From the NCBI GenBank assembly GCA_002269645.1, contig NIVC01000610.1:62001-126000 (forward strand): a stretch of DNA of 64,000 nucleotides, given 5' to 3'. A model generated the notes under the pieces. It was not told the DNA's origin, did no database searches, and was given only the letters and a program-made list of their open reading frames with translations. This stretch comes from Macrostomum lignano. Taxonomy: Eukaryota. The position numbers and the translations under genes were made by a program. Below, piece after piece: positions 12,101 through 24,372 of this stretch (the first letter of the stretch is position 1; each line of letters starts with the position of its first letter).

Positions 12101-15100
12101 GGGGCTTTAGCATCAGGGGATTTAGCATCAGGGGCTTTAGCATCAGGGGCTTTAGCATCAGGGGCTTTAGCATCAGGGGATTTAGCATCAGGGGCTTTAG
12201 CATTAGGGGCTTTAGCATCAGGGGATTTAGCATCAGGGATTTAGCATCAGGGATTTAGCATCAGGGGCTTTAGCATCAGGGGCTTTAGCATCAGGGGCTT
12301 TAGCATCAGGGGCTTTAGCATCAGGGGCTTTAGCATCAGGGGATTTAGCATCAGGGGCTTTAGCATCAGGGGCTTTAGCATCAGGGGCTTTAGCATCAGG
12401 GGATTTAGCATCAGGGGCTTTAGCATCAGGGGCTTTAGCATCAGGGGATTTAGCATCAGGGGATTTAGCATCAGGGGATTTAGCATCAGGGGCTTTAGCA
12501 TCAGGGGCTTTAGCATCAGGGGCTTTAGCATCAGGGGCTTTAGCATCAGGGGATTTAGCATCAAGGGATTTAGCATCAGGGGCTTTAGCATCAGGGGCTT
12601 TAGCATCAGGGGATTTAGCATCAAGGGATTTAGCATCAGGGGATTTAGCATCAGGGGCTTTAGCATCAGGGGATTTAGCATCAGGGGATTTAGCATCAGG
12701 GGATTTAGCATCAGGGGATTTAGCATCAGGGGATTTAGCATCAAGGGATTTAGCATCAGGGGATTTAGCATCAGGGGCTTTAGCATCAGGGGATTTAGCA
12801 TCAGGGGATTTAGCATCAGGGGCTTTAGCATCAGGGGCTTTAGCATCAGGGGATTTAGCATCAGGGGCTTTAGCATCAAGGGATTTAGCATCAGGGGCTT
12901 TAGCATCAGGGGCTTTAGCATCAGGGGATTTAGCATCAAGGGATTTAGCATCAGGGGATTTAGCATCAGGGGATTTAGCATCAGGGGATTTAGCATCAGG
13001 GGCTTTAGCATCAGGGGCTTTAGCATCAGGGGCTTTAGCATCAGGGGCTTTAGCATCAGGGGATTTAGCATCAGGGGATTTAGCATCAGGGGATTTAGCA
13101 TCAGGGGATTTAGCATCAGGGGATTTAGCATCAGGGGATTTAGCATCAGGGGATTTAGCATCAGGGGCATTAGCATCAGGGGATTTAGCATCAGGGGCTT
13201 TAGCACCAGGGGCTTTAGCATCAGGGGCTTTAGCATCAGGGGATTTAGCATCAAGGGATTTAGCATCAGGGGATTTAGCATCAGGGGCTTTAGCATCAGG
13301 GGATTTAGCATCAGGGGCTTTAGCATCAGGGGATTTAGCATCAGGGGATTTAGCATCAGGGGATTTAGCATCAGGGGATTTAGCATCAGGGGATTTAGCA
13401 TCAAGGGATTTAGCATCAGGGGATTTAGCATCAGGGGCTTTAGCATCAGGGGATTTAGCATCAGGGGCTTTAGCATCAAGGGATTTAGCATCAGGGGCTT
13501 TAGCATCAGGGGCTTTAGCATCAGGGGATTTAGCATCAGGGATTTAGCATCAGGGGATTTAGCATCAGGGGATTTAGCATCAGGGGATTTAGCATCAGGG
13601 GCTTTAGCATCAGGGGCTTTAGCATCAGGGGCTTTAGCATCAGGGGATTTAGCATCAGGGGATTTAGCATCAGGGGATTTAGCATCAGGGGCTTTAGCAT
13701 CAGGGGATTTAGCATCAAGGGATTTAGCATCAGGGGATTTAGCATCAGGGGATTTAGCATCAGGGGATTTAGCATCAGGGGATTTAGCATCAGGGGCATT
13801 AGCATCAGGGGATTTAGCATCAGGGGCTTTAGCATCAGGGGCTTTAGCATCAGGGGATTTAGCATCAGGGGCTTTAGCATCAGGGGATTTAGCATCAGGG
13901 ATTTAGCATCAGGGGATTTAGCATCAGGGGATTTAGCATCAGGGGATTTAGCATCAGGGGATTTAGCATCAGGGGCTTTAGCATCAGGGGATTTAGCATC
14001 AGGGGCTTTAGCATCAGGGGATTTAGCATCAAGGGATTTAGCATCAGGGGATTTAGCATCAGGGGCTTTAGCATCAGGGGATTTAGCATCAGGGGATTTA
14101 GCATCAGGGGATTTAGCATCAGGGGATTTAGCATCAGGGGATTTAGCATCAGGGGATTTAGCATCAGGGGATTTAGCATCAGGGGATTTAGCATCAGGGG
14201 ATTTAGCATCAGGGATTTAGCATCAGGGGATTTAGCATCAGGGGATTTAGCATCAGGGGATTTAGCATCAGGGGATTTAGCATCAGGGGCTTTAGCATCA
14301 GGGGATTTAGCATCAGGGGATTTAGCATCAGGGGCTTTAGCATCAGGGGCTTTAGCATCAGGGGATTTAGCATCAGGGGCTTTAGCATCAGGGGATTTAG
14401 CATCAAGGGATTTAGCATCAGGGGATTTAGCATCAGGGGATTTAGCATCAGGGGCATTAGCATCAGGGGATTTAGCATCAGGGGCTTTAGCACCAGGGGC
14501 TTTAGCATCAGGGGCTTTAGCATCAGGGGATTTAGCATCAAGGGATTTAGCATCAGGGGATTTAGCATCAGGGGCTTTAGCATCAGGGGATTTAGCATCA
14601 AGGGATTTAGCATCAGGGGATTTAGCATCAGGGGATTTAGCATCAGGGGCTTTAGCATCAGGGGATTTAGCATCAGGGATTTAGCATCAGGGGATTTAGC
14701 ATCAGGGGCTTTAGCATCAGGGGATTTAGCATCAGGGGATTTAGCATCAGGGGATTTAGCATCAGGGGATTTAGCATCAGGGGATTTAGCATCAGGGGCT
14801 TTAGCATCAGGGGATTTAGCATCAGGGGATTTAGCATCAGGGGATTTAGCATCAGGGGCTTTAGCATCAGGGGATTTAGCATCAGGGGATTTAGCATCAG
14901 GGGATTTAGCATCAGGGGATTTAGCATCAGGGGATTTAGCATCAGGGATTTAGCATCAGGGGCTTTAGCATCAGGGGCTTTAGCATCAGGGGATTTAGCA
15001 TCAGGGGATTTAGCATCAGGGGATTTAGCATCAGGGGATTTAGCATCAGGGGATTTAGCATCAGGGGATTTAGCATCAGGGGATTTAGCATCAGGGGATT

Positions 15101-17234
15101 TAGCATCAGGGGCTTTAGCATCAGGGGATTTAGCATCAGGGGATTTAGCATCAGGGGATTTAGCATCAGGGATTTAGCATCAGGGGATTTAGCATCAGGG
15201 GATTTAGCATCAGGGGATTTAGCATCAGGGGATTTAGCATCAGGGGCATTAGCATCAGGGGATTTAGCATCAGGGGATTTAGCATCAGGGGCTTTAGCAT
15301 CAGGGGCTTTAGCATCAGGGGATTTAGCATCAGGGGATTTAGCATCAGGGGATTTAGCATCAGGGGATTTAGCATCAGGGGATTTAGCATCAGGGGATTT
15401 AGCATCAGGGGATTTAGCATCAGGGGATTTAGCATCAGGGGCTTTAGCATCAGGGGATTTAGCATCAGGGGCTTTAGCATCAGGGGATTTAGCATCAGGG
15501 GATTTAGCATCAGGGGATTTAGCATCAGGGGCTTTAGCATCAGGGGATTTAGCATCAGGGGATTTAGCATCAGGGGATTTAGCATCAGGGGCTTTAGCAT
15601 CAGGGGATTTAGCATCAGGGGATTTAGCATCAGGGGATTTAGCATCAGGGGATTTAGCATCAGGGGATTTAGCATCAGGGATTTAGCATCAGGGGATTTA
15701 GCATCAGGGGATTTAGCATCAGGGGCTTTAGCATCAGGGGCTTTAGCATCAGGGGATTTAGCATCAGGGATTTAGCATCAGGGGATTTAGCATCAGGGGC
15801 TTTAGCATCAGGGGATTTAGCATCAGGGGATTTAGCATCAGGGGCTTTAGCATCAGGGGATTTAGCATCAGGGGATTTAGCATCAGGGGCTTTAGCATCA
15901 GGGGATTTAGCATCAGGGGATTTAGCATCAGGGGATTTAGCATCAGGGGCTTTAGCATCAGGGGATTTAGCATCAGGGGATTTAGCATCAGGGGATTTAG
16001 CATCAGGGGATTTAGCATCAGGGGCTTTAGCATCAGGGATTTAGCATCAGGGGCTTTAGCATCAGGGGCTTTAGCATCAGGGGATTTAGCATCAGGATTT
16101 AGCATCAGGGATTTAGCATCAGGGGATTTAGCATCAGGGGCTTTAGCATCAGGGGATTTAGCATCAGGGGATTTAGCATCAGGGGCTTTAGCATCAGGGG
16201 TCTTTAGCATCAGGGGATTTAGCATCAGGGGCTTTAGCATCAGGGGATTTAGCATCAGGGGCTTTAGCATCAGGGGATTTAGCATCAGGGGCTTTAGCAT
16301 CAGGGGCTTTAGCATCAGGGGCTTTAGCATCAGGGGATTAGCATCAGGGGATTTAGCATCAGGGGATTTAGCATCAGGGGCTTTAGCATCAGGGGATTTA
16401 GCATCAGGGGATTTAGCATCAGGGGCTTTAGCATCAGGGGCTTTAGCATCAGGGGCTTTAGCATCAGGGGATTAGCATCAGGGGATTTAGCATCAGGGGC
16501 TTTAGCATCAGGGGATTTAGCATCAGGGGCTTTAGCACCAGGGGATTTAGCATCAGGGGATTTAGCATCAGGGGATTTAGCATCAGGGGCTTTAGCATCA
16601 GGGGATTTAGCATCAGGGGATTTAGCACCAGGGGCTTTAGTATCAGGGGATTTAGCATCAGGGGATTTAGCATCAGGGGCTTTAGCATCAGGGGCTTTAG
16701 CATAAGGGGATTTAGCATCAGGGGATTTAGCATCAGGAGCTTTAGCATCAGGGGATTTAGCATCAAGGGATTTAGCATCAGGGGCTTTAGCATCAGGGGA
16801 TTTAGCACCAGGGGCTTTAGCATCAGGGGCTTTAGCATCAGGGGCTTTAGCATCAGGGGATTTAGCATCAGGGGCTTTAGCACCTGGGGCTTTAGCATCA
16901 GGGGCTTTAGCATCAGGGGATTTAGCATCAGGGGATTTAGCATCAGGGGATTTAGCATCAAGGGATTTAGCATCAGGGGCTTTAGCATCAGGGGCTTTAG
17001 CATCAGGGGATTTAGCATCAGGGGATTTAGCATCAGGGGCTTTAGCATCAGGGGATTTAGCATCAGGGGCTTTAGCATCAGGGGCTTTAGCACCAAGGGC
17101 TTTAGCATCAGGGGCTTTAGCATCAGGGGCTTTAGCACCAGGGGCTTTAGCACCAGGGGCTTTAGCATCAGGGGATTTAGCATCAGGGGCTTTAGCACCA
17201 GGGGATTTAGCATCAGGGGATTTAGCATCAGGGG
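6167..17234. repeat. Giant 15-bp satellite TTTAGCATCAGGGG[C/A], about 11 kb and about 740 units
   Basis: Continuous tandem array with one dimorphic C/A position, scattered 14/16-bp units (almost all G-run length changes) and rare marker substitutions. Confidence 0.98.
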
Positions 17235-17523
17235 CCAGCATCAGCACCAGGGCGCCAGCACCAGGGGCGCCAGCACCAGGGGCGCCAGCACCAGGGCGCC
17301 AGCACCAGGGGCGCCAGCACCAGGGGCGCCAGCACCAGGGCGCCAGCACCAGGGCGCCAGCACCAGGGGCGCCAGCACCAGGGGCGCCAGCACCAGGGGC
17401 GCCAGCCAGGGCGCCAGCACCAGGGCGCCAGCACCAGGGGCGCCAGCACCAGGGCGCCAGCACCAGGGCGCCAGCACCAGGGGCGCCAGCACCAGGGCGC
17501 CAGCACCAGGGGCGCCAGCACCG
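17235..17523. repeat. GC-rich 14/15-bp array GGCGCCAGCACCAGG(G), related to the adjacent 15-bp satellite
   Basis: About 20 tandem units sharing the AGCAYCAGGGG core with the big array. Confidence 0.93.
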
Positions 17524-17978
17524 GGAAACAACGGTGATCCCCATTGCCAATCAAAAATATCTACTCTGACGAGGCAAACTGAATAGTATAACTTTTTAAC
17601 TTATCGAGTTGATGAAGCACTGATTCAACACACTAGTTTACACTGCTTTGGAAGGCTCCTTCCAAATAAGGCCAGTCCAGAGGCCTTTAAGAGGCCCATG
17701 ATTCATACTGAAACCATCAGCTTTGTGCGATGGTGTTGTATTTCAACTGGGAACAGGAGCCAGCCCAGTGCCAAAAAACAATGATTAACTGGACCCAATA
17801 CTTTTCGTCATGCAGAGCTGCGTTATAACTTAATTTTGTTACTTTTATTATTTTTCTCAGCCATTTATTAAACTCTGCAAACTGCCTGCATTATAGAAGT
17901 TTTGTATCGCTTTTGCATATAAGTTGCATGAATTTTCCTTCCAAAATGAAAATGTAACTTATATTGTAACTGATATTT

Positions 17979-18392
17979 NNNNNNNNNNNNNNNNNNNNNN
18001 NNNNNNNNNNNNNNNNNNNNNNNNNNNNNNNNNNNNNNNNNNNNNNNNNNNNNNNNNNNNNNNNNNNNNNNNNNNNNNNNNNNNNNNNNNNNNNNNNNNN
18101 NNNNNNNNNNNNNNNNNNNNNNNNNNNNNNNNNNNNNNNNNNNNNNNNNNNNNNNNNNNNNNNNNNNNNNNNNNNNNNNNNNNNNNNNNNNNNNNNNNNN
18201 NNNNNNNNNNNNNNNNNNNNNNNNNNNNNNNNNNNNNNNNNNNNNNNNNNNNNNNNNNNNNNNNNNNNNNNNNNNNNNNNNNNNNNNNNNNNNNNNNNNN
18301 NNNNNNNNNNNNNNNNNNNNNNNNNNNNNNNNNNNNNNNNNNNNNNNNNNNNNNNNNNNNNNNNNNNNNNNNNNNNNNNNNNNNNNNNNNNN
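17979..18392. other. Assembly gap (414 N)
   Basis: Run of N. Confidence 1.
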
Positions 18393-18546
18393 GAGGATTT
18401 GAGGGTGATTATCAAGGAGTTAAGGGTGACTATCAAAGATTCGAGAGTGATTATCGAGGAATTGAGGGTGATTATCAAGGAGTTAAGGGTGACTATCAAA
18501 GATTCGAGAGTGATTATCGAGGAATTGAGGGTGATTATCAAGGAAT
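18393..18546 (+). repeat. 21-bp subunit / 63-bp higher-order repeat, reading (EGDYQGV-KGDYQRF-ESDYRGI)n on +, truncated by the gap
   Basis: Three diverged 21-mers repeated as a 63-bp block. The frame is open to a stop at 18607. Confidence 0.85.
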
Positions 18547-19178
18547 CGAACGCAATCGAAAATTAGTTGTCCAACAAAATTTTATCGCAAATCCAAATGG
18601 CCAATAACTTCCATTATGCTTTTATAAAACCTCTGTAACTTAAGAAAAAAGAGCAAATCTTTTGCGCACTCTCATTTTTCTGATATTTACTTTTGATTAG
18701 AAGATTAAACAAAGAAAGAAAACATCTTGATACCATTGAAGTGTCACACTCGAATGCCTAAGGTATAGAATATCATCACACTTTGTAATAAATAAACAGT
18801 TTATTATATCATCTACAGAGTTGGAAGGATTACAGAACTCAAACAGGATTGCCTGCAATCAAGTTAAAAAATGTTTTTTAAGTGTATCGTTGCTGATTAA
18901 ACTACTTATAGTATTATTGAGCAAAATTAGTATAGAATGTTTAGAATTCGCAAGATAAAAAGGTTAAATAAAAAGGTTGTATTTGTTATTTATACCACTT
19001 TTACAATTAAATAATCTATATGGATATATAGAATTGTTTTTGCAAACAAAGCATAACAAACTTTCATAAATTTGATGGAACTCTTTAGAACAACTGATAT
19101 GTGGAAGACAGAATTGTCTGATTGTTATACCGAAGCAAAAAGCTGATCAACATTTGTACTTTTAGTTGCAGTTGTACA

Positions 19179-22100
19179 TCAGGCATCGCCGATCAGGGCC
19201 AGAAGAATCTTGCGATAATCGCCGCTGGTGTCGTCCTTGATCCATTCGGCGAGGCTCTGCCCGAACTCCTTCTGGAAGGCGGTCTTGATCTGAACCATGT
19301 CCACCTCGCAGCGGCTGATCACGATGCGAAGCAGCGTCTTGTCGTTGGTGCCTGGAGACGAATAGAGGGCGTTGAATAGAGGATGTGCAACCGACAGCTC
19401 AGCCGCAGCTATTGCGCGGCGCATCTGAAGGCTGCTGCGTACGGCTGTTCAGACCAAGGACTGGAGGGTTGCCACACGTACCCTCAATTACCCCAGCTAA
19501 TGCTGGCACCCATTTTACCGCTGGGTGAACTGAAGCAATTCAGAGTTGAGTGTCTCGCTCAAGGACAAATTGTTCCAGCGGGATCGCGGATCGAACCCCT
19601 GACCCCGTTCAGTCGTGAGTTCAACGCTCTAACCACTACGCTACAACCCCATCAGACCAATCAGGAATCCAGAGTGTCTCACTCGCTGACTGCGGATCGG
19701 TTGTCGCCTTGAATAGTTACAACATTAGGACAGATATTTTTGCCATCAACCCCTCCCTTTCACTTAAAGTGACACTTTAAATATAGAAAGTCTGAAAACC
19801 TCAAAGTTTTTTTACACAATGCTCAATTTCTTGAAAAATTTTCCCACATTGCTTGTCACGCTCGCTCGATCCTTTTCTCTCTGATTGAGCATGATTGAGT
19901 CACTTACCCAGGCCCTTCATCGCCTTCTGCAGCGACTTAGCAAAATAGGCCGGCTTGTTCTGAATGCAGCGGACCAGAGTCAGCATGGCGCGGAGCAGGT
20001 CGCCAGACATCTCCGCCTTCAAGGAGTCCTCGAGCGTCTTGCCGGTCAATTTCTCGTATTCGGCAAACAGGGCGCGCAGGTGGGCGTTGTTGTTGCCGCA
20101 GAGGATCTCGTTGAACTTGCTCTCGTCCGTGCCCCACTTGCCGACGCCGGCCTCCTGCAGGGCCTGGGCGTCCTTCTTCACCTGCTCCGGATCGTAGGAG
20201 CTGCCCTCCGGCCGGGCGCCGGTGAGCAGAGACACCAGAATGCGCTTGAAGTGGCCGGATGTGTCCGACATAACGTCGTCCTCAAGTTCGCGATTGTAAG
20301 CTGAGTTTGGTGTGCGGTATTGGAGTCGAAGAGTTGTTAGAAAGTTCATGACTCATTGGGATGGCATTTTGCACGCTGTTTTTAGTTGTTTTCAGTGCGT
20401 GGTGTGTTTCGCCTTTCAGGGTCAGAGGGTGAGTTTCGTGAGCCAATAGTTGCTGTGTCTATAGTACGTAGTGCATTGTGCCCTTCAGGAGTCAGAGAGC
20501 TTTTCTGAACAAATCGTTCGGTTCCAGTAGATTAACCATCCATCTGGAATGCTTATTTTGGCCAGGGCATACAATATGAATCTGATCACTGAAAGCGGAG
20601 CAAACTCACTGGCTTTGTAGATTTTCTTGATCTCCTCGATTTGGGCCTGCGTTCTGGTGCAGATGACCTCAATCAGGCAGTCCTCGTCCGTGCCCAGGCC
20701 CTTCACCGCCTCGCGAAGCTCTTTAGCGTCGTACTCGGCCGGTCCCAGGCACAGATTCTGGCAGATCTTGTTGAAATTGCCGCTCAGCTCGCTGTCCAAC
20801 TCGCGTTTGAGATCTTTGCCGTATTTCATCTTGAAGGTGCGCACAATTTCCATACGCTGGGTGACGGTCCGATGGCCGAGCACGTTGATGATGCTCTCTT
20901 CGTTGGTGCCCAAACCTTTCATCGCCTTGCGCAGCTGCTCCGCATCGGCCGCAGCGCTGAAGTTCGGATACGGCTTCAGCGTGCCCTCCTGGACGTACTC
21001 CTCCTGCAAGAAGAAGGCCTCCCCGGCCGGCTCTGGTGGCTTTTCCTCCTTCAGCACAATGGCGTCCGCCTTCTCGTGGTCGGTCTTTTTCACCTGTAGA
21101 AAGTGCAATTTTGCAATTTTTGCAATACGTTCTGCTGCAGACACCGATGACTAATAGAGCACACAGATCTAGTTATTCGCACCTCAGTCTCCACTTTGTG
21201 ACTTGGCGGCGGCGGCGGCTTCTCCGCCTTCTTGGGCGGCGGCGGCGGGGGCGGCGGCGCAGGGTCCCTGCTGGCACTCTTTGAGGGAGGCATAAACGGC
21301 TTCGGTTTTGGATCCGAGCTCCGCTTGTTGATTGACTTTGGCGCGTGCAGCGGCTTCTTGTGCCCCGGCTTGGCGATGTGGATGGTCAGTAGGAATGAGT
21401 CGTCTGACTCGTCAAGTTCAGCTGACAGCACCTGCATCGGCAATGTGGAAAACTTCAAGCTTCTCATCGGCTTTAGAGTGACAGGCTCGGCGCGAGCAGG
21501 ATAAAATTTCTTAGAAATTAAGACCAATTTGATTATTTCATGAGTAAGCTTACCTTGCCAAATTTCTGGTCCTCAATGGCAGCTTGAAATCCTCCATCTT
21601 TCCGCGCGAACTGCAGCAAGTGCGCGTAGACGTGCTGCAGCTGAGTTTTAAAGTCGCCGTCGCCCTTGCTGACAGGCAGGCAGGGCGGATCGGCGACGAT
21701 CTTCTCAACCTTCTCAGTCTTCTTGGACTCGTCCACTAGGCGCCGGATGTCGTCCAGGGTGCTCTTGCGAGTCTCGTCCATGCGCTGCGACAGCTGTTGA
21801 GTCAGCTGGTTCAGCTGCTGCGGAGTCACGCCCTGTGGTGTGTTTTTTTCGCAACTAGTAAGAAAATGTTGTGCCAGCACCAACTTTAAGTAGGTTTTTA
21901 AGTATGAGCCCCCCGAGGGCCCTGACATTTTCACTCTGCAGTGTCCTCCCTCCCGTCCCGGCAGAATTCTAATCTAGCCACTCGTACGCTTGTAGCAAGC
22001 TTGGTGGCGGCGGGTCACTGCCGGCGTGAGCGCGTCAACTTTTACGATATTAGGGCCAATTTTTTCCTACGATTAGAAAAACGTAACGCCTAAAGATGAG

Positions 22101-23374
22101 ACAGTTTTTAGCGCACAGATTTCCCAGATCTGCCTTTATGCTCGTATGGGAAAAGTTTTAAAGAAAAGGTCTGAAATTTTCGTGTTAGGAAGACACTTGG
22201 TGGCAATGACATTTAACTTCAACCGTATCTTAGAGTTATCCAAAAGGTTTTAGCAACAATCTAAATTAGCAACTAGCGATCGTTGACGATATTTATAGAT
22301 AAAGGCACTTGTTTAAGCAGGTAAAAATGCCTAAAATCAAAGCATGACAATTTTTGAGCAGCACGTTGAATGGAGCACTTATTACCTGCAGCGAAGGGTC
22401 TGGCAAAGCGGGCACGGCGCTGGGCGGCTGGCCTGGGAAGCCGCCGCGGAAGTTCACATCGTTTGGGGTGCGCACCTCCCAGCCGAGGCCCCCGGTGGGA
22501 CCGCCCGCTGCGCCGCCTCCGTACAGGTTGATCTGCGTGCCGGAGTGATTGACAGCTGAAAAGCCCTGGTCAGGCACCGACGAAGCTGAGAGATCGTCAG
22601 CCGGGTCTGTCCTTTCCCAGGCTTCGTACGGACCGCTGGCAGCTGCGGCAGCCGCCGAGGCACCACCAGCACCGGAGCGGCGCAGGCGATCGCGGGAGTT
22701 GCTGCGTCTGCCGCCGCCGTTGCGCCGTCGCGTCCGAAGGCCGTCCTCGAGGTCGCTGTCCCAGCTGGAAAGTTCGACGGGATTTCGAGGATATGAGGGT
22801 TAGGGTTAGGGTGTGTGCACCTGTATATATATATATATGTTCTCAGAGAAACGACCAATGCACTCAACCCATACTTCAGCAGCTACAACAGCACTAATCG
22901 CTCACCCATTAATATCGGAGTTGCTGACGCTGCTCTGATCAAGGCAGTCGTCGATCTCGTTCCAACCGTGCACATCCTCGCAGTGATAGGTTCGTGAAGT
23001 GACGAAACTCTGCTGCTTGGTGACGCGGTGCATGGCAACCGATTTGACAATGCGTTTGCCCGGCTTCAGGCAGAAAGGAGCCCGGTACTGGAATGTGACC
23101 TCGCGACCGTTCAAAAATCGCTTGTTGGGATCCGGTCGCGTGCCGTCGGTTGTGAAGAAAATGTTGCAGTTGTTGCTCTCTGAAACGTGCAACGGTTGTT
23201 TTATAGATAGCCTTCACAATTTAAGTGATTAAATCTAACAAAAATCAAAATCAGTAGCGCACCGGTGGACATTTCAATGTAGGTTGAGGTGTCGATGCAG
23301 GTGCTGGGCTTGCCATTCACGTGGCTCCTCAGCGGCGTAACGACTGGGGCGGCAATTCCGCCTGCGGACGGCAT
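19179..23374 (-). CDS. Annexin with a long N-terminus carrying DZANK1-like domains (about 780 aa, 8 exons)
   Basis: Exons 23374-23263, 23179-22906, 22764-22386, 21832-21554, 21431-21183, 21093-20610, 20300-19908 and 19351-19179. All junctions are GT-AG and phase-compatible, total 2343 nt. Annexin repeats: KAMKGLGTNEESII, AVKGLGTDEDCLIEV, GVGKWGTDESKFNEIL, KAMKGLGTNDKTLLRI, ending DTSGDYRKILLALIGDA*. N-terminus MPSAGGIAAPVVTPLR...NIFFTTDGTRPDP...KPGKRIVKSVA and internal FKTQLQHVYAHLL...FGKVLSA resemble DZANK1 (from recalled family sequence). Confidence 0.88.
19382..19650 (-). mobile_element. tRNA-derived SINE, copy 1 (last intron of the annexin gene)
   Basis: Minus strand starts GGGGTTGTAGCGTAGTGG (A box) and has GGTTCGATCC (B box), followed by the core GTCCTTGAGCGAGACACTCAAC...CACCCAGCGGTAAAATGGGTGCC. 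It is colinear with 49515-49783. Confidence 0.88.
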
Positions 23375-24372
23375 CTGAAATGTTAAATAATGGTCGGTAT
23401 ATTGAAGAAACAGGACGTTCGTCCTGCATGGATGTAAAATTATAGTTTTAAAAATATATTGTTACAAAACTACTGTTGACTTAGTATAAAATGTGCATCA
23501 CAAAATTCATCATAGCTTACTTATTTACTTTTTTGTCATAAAAATCATATTAAATTTCAATTTAAGAGGAAGAATTTACGCTTTGACAATTAAAAATACT
23601 AGCTAGTAAACAGAATTCTTCAAGTACATTCAGTTCTATGAATACAATGTCTATATTTTAGCTATTGTTAATGATCTTGGCTTAAAGCAAGTGATATTAA
23701 AAAATACTAAAAAGGAACCATAGACAAATTCCAAAGAGCTGATATTTTACATAATTTGACATTTAAAAGTAGCTGTGTGCAAATTATGATGATTTTTATA
23801 AATTCAATATAAAGAATTTGTAAACATCATCATTTAAAGTGATACAAAATAATTCTTTTGCTTTATTTCAAGCTAAATAAGAAAGTTAGAAAAAGTAAAA
23901 CACAGTTGAAATATTATTTTAAAAGGACCACCAAGCAACAAAAATTTAAGTTGAGTTAAATGTTAAATCGTTTAATTATAAAGTTTAACTTAAAGATTGT
24001 TGGTTTTATATAGCCTGACATGACACTGTGAAATGCTACAAATAAAAACAGTAAAATACTTTAAATAAAGCGAAATAAAAAACAAAGTCTATCTTTTCTT
24101 GCGTTAATATCAAGGATTTTTTAAAATTAGAATATAAAGTACTTGTTATTACATTAGCTATCGTAGATATTATACTTTATAGATAAGAAATTCAGAAACA
24201 AAAATGATACCGTACACGCAAGTCAAATTCCCTGCACTACAAAAATACTAAAATTTAATGTACAATTAGTGTGGAAAAATTGTAATAAAACTTTAATGTT
24301 GTGCTTTTAATCTGAAACTTGAGCTGAAAGCATTTTGTAAGAATTCATTGCATAGAGTTTGTTTATATGCAT

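Noticed and set aside
6062-17228. Dozens of (LMLKP/LMLNP)n ORFs and the + strand (ASGAL/ASGDL)n ORF
   Set aside because: These are alternative readings of the 15-bp satellite. Only the PDAK frame was kept, as a hypothesis.
22797-22812. (TTAGGG)2-3 in an annexin-gene intron
   Set aside because: Too short to be an interstitial telomere.
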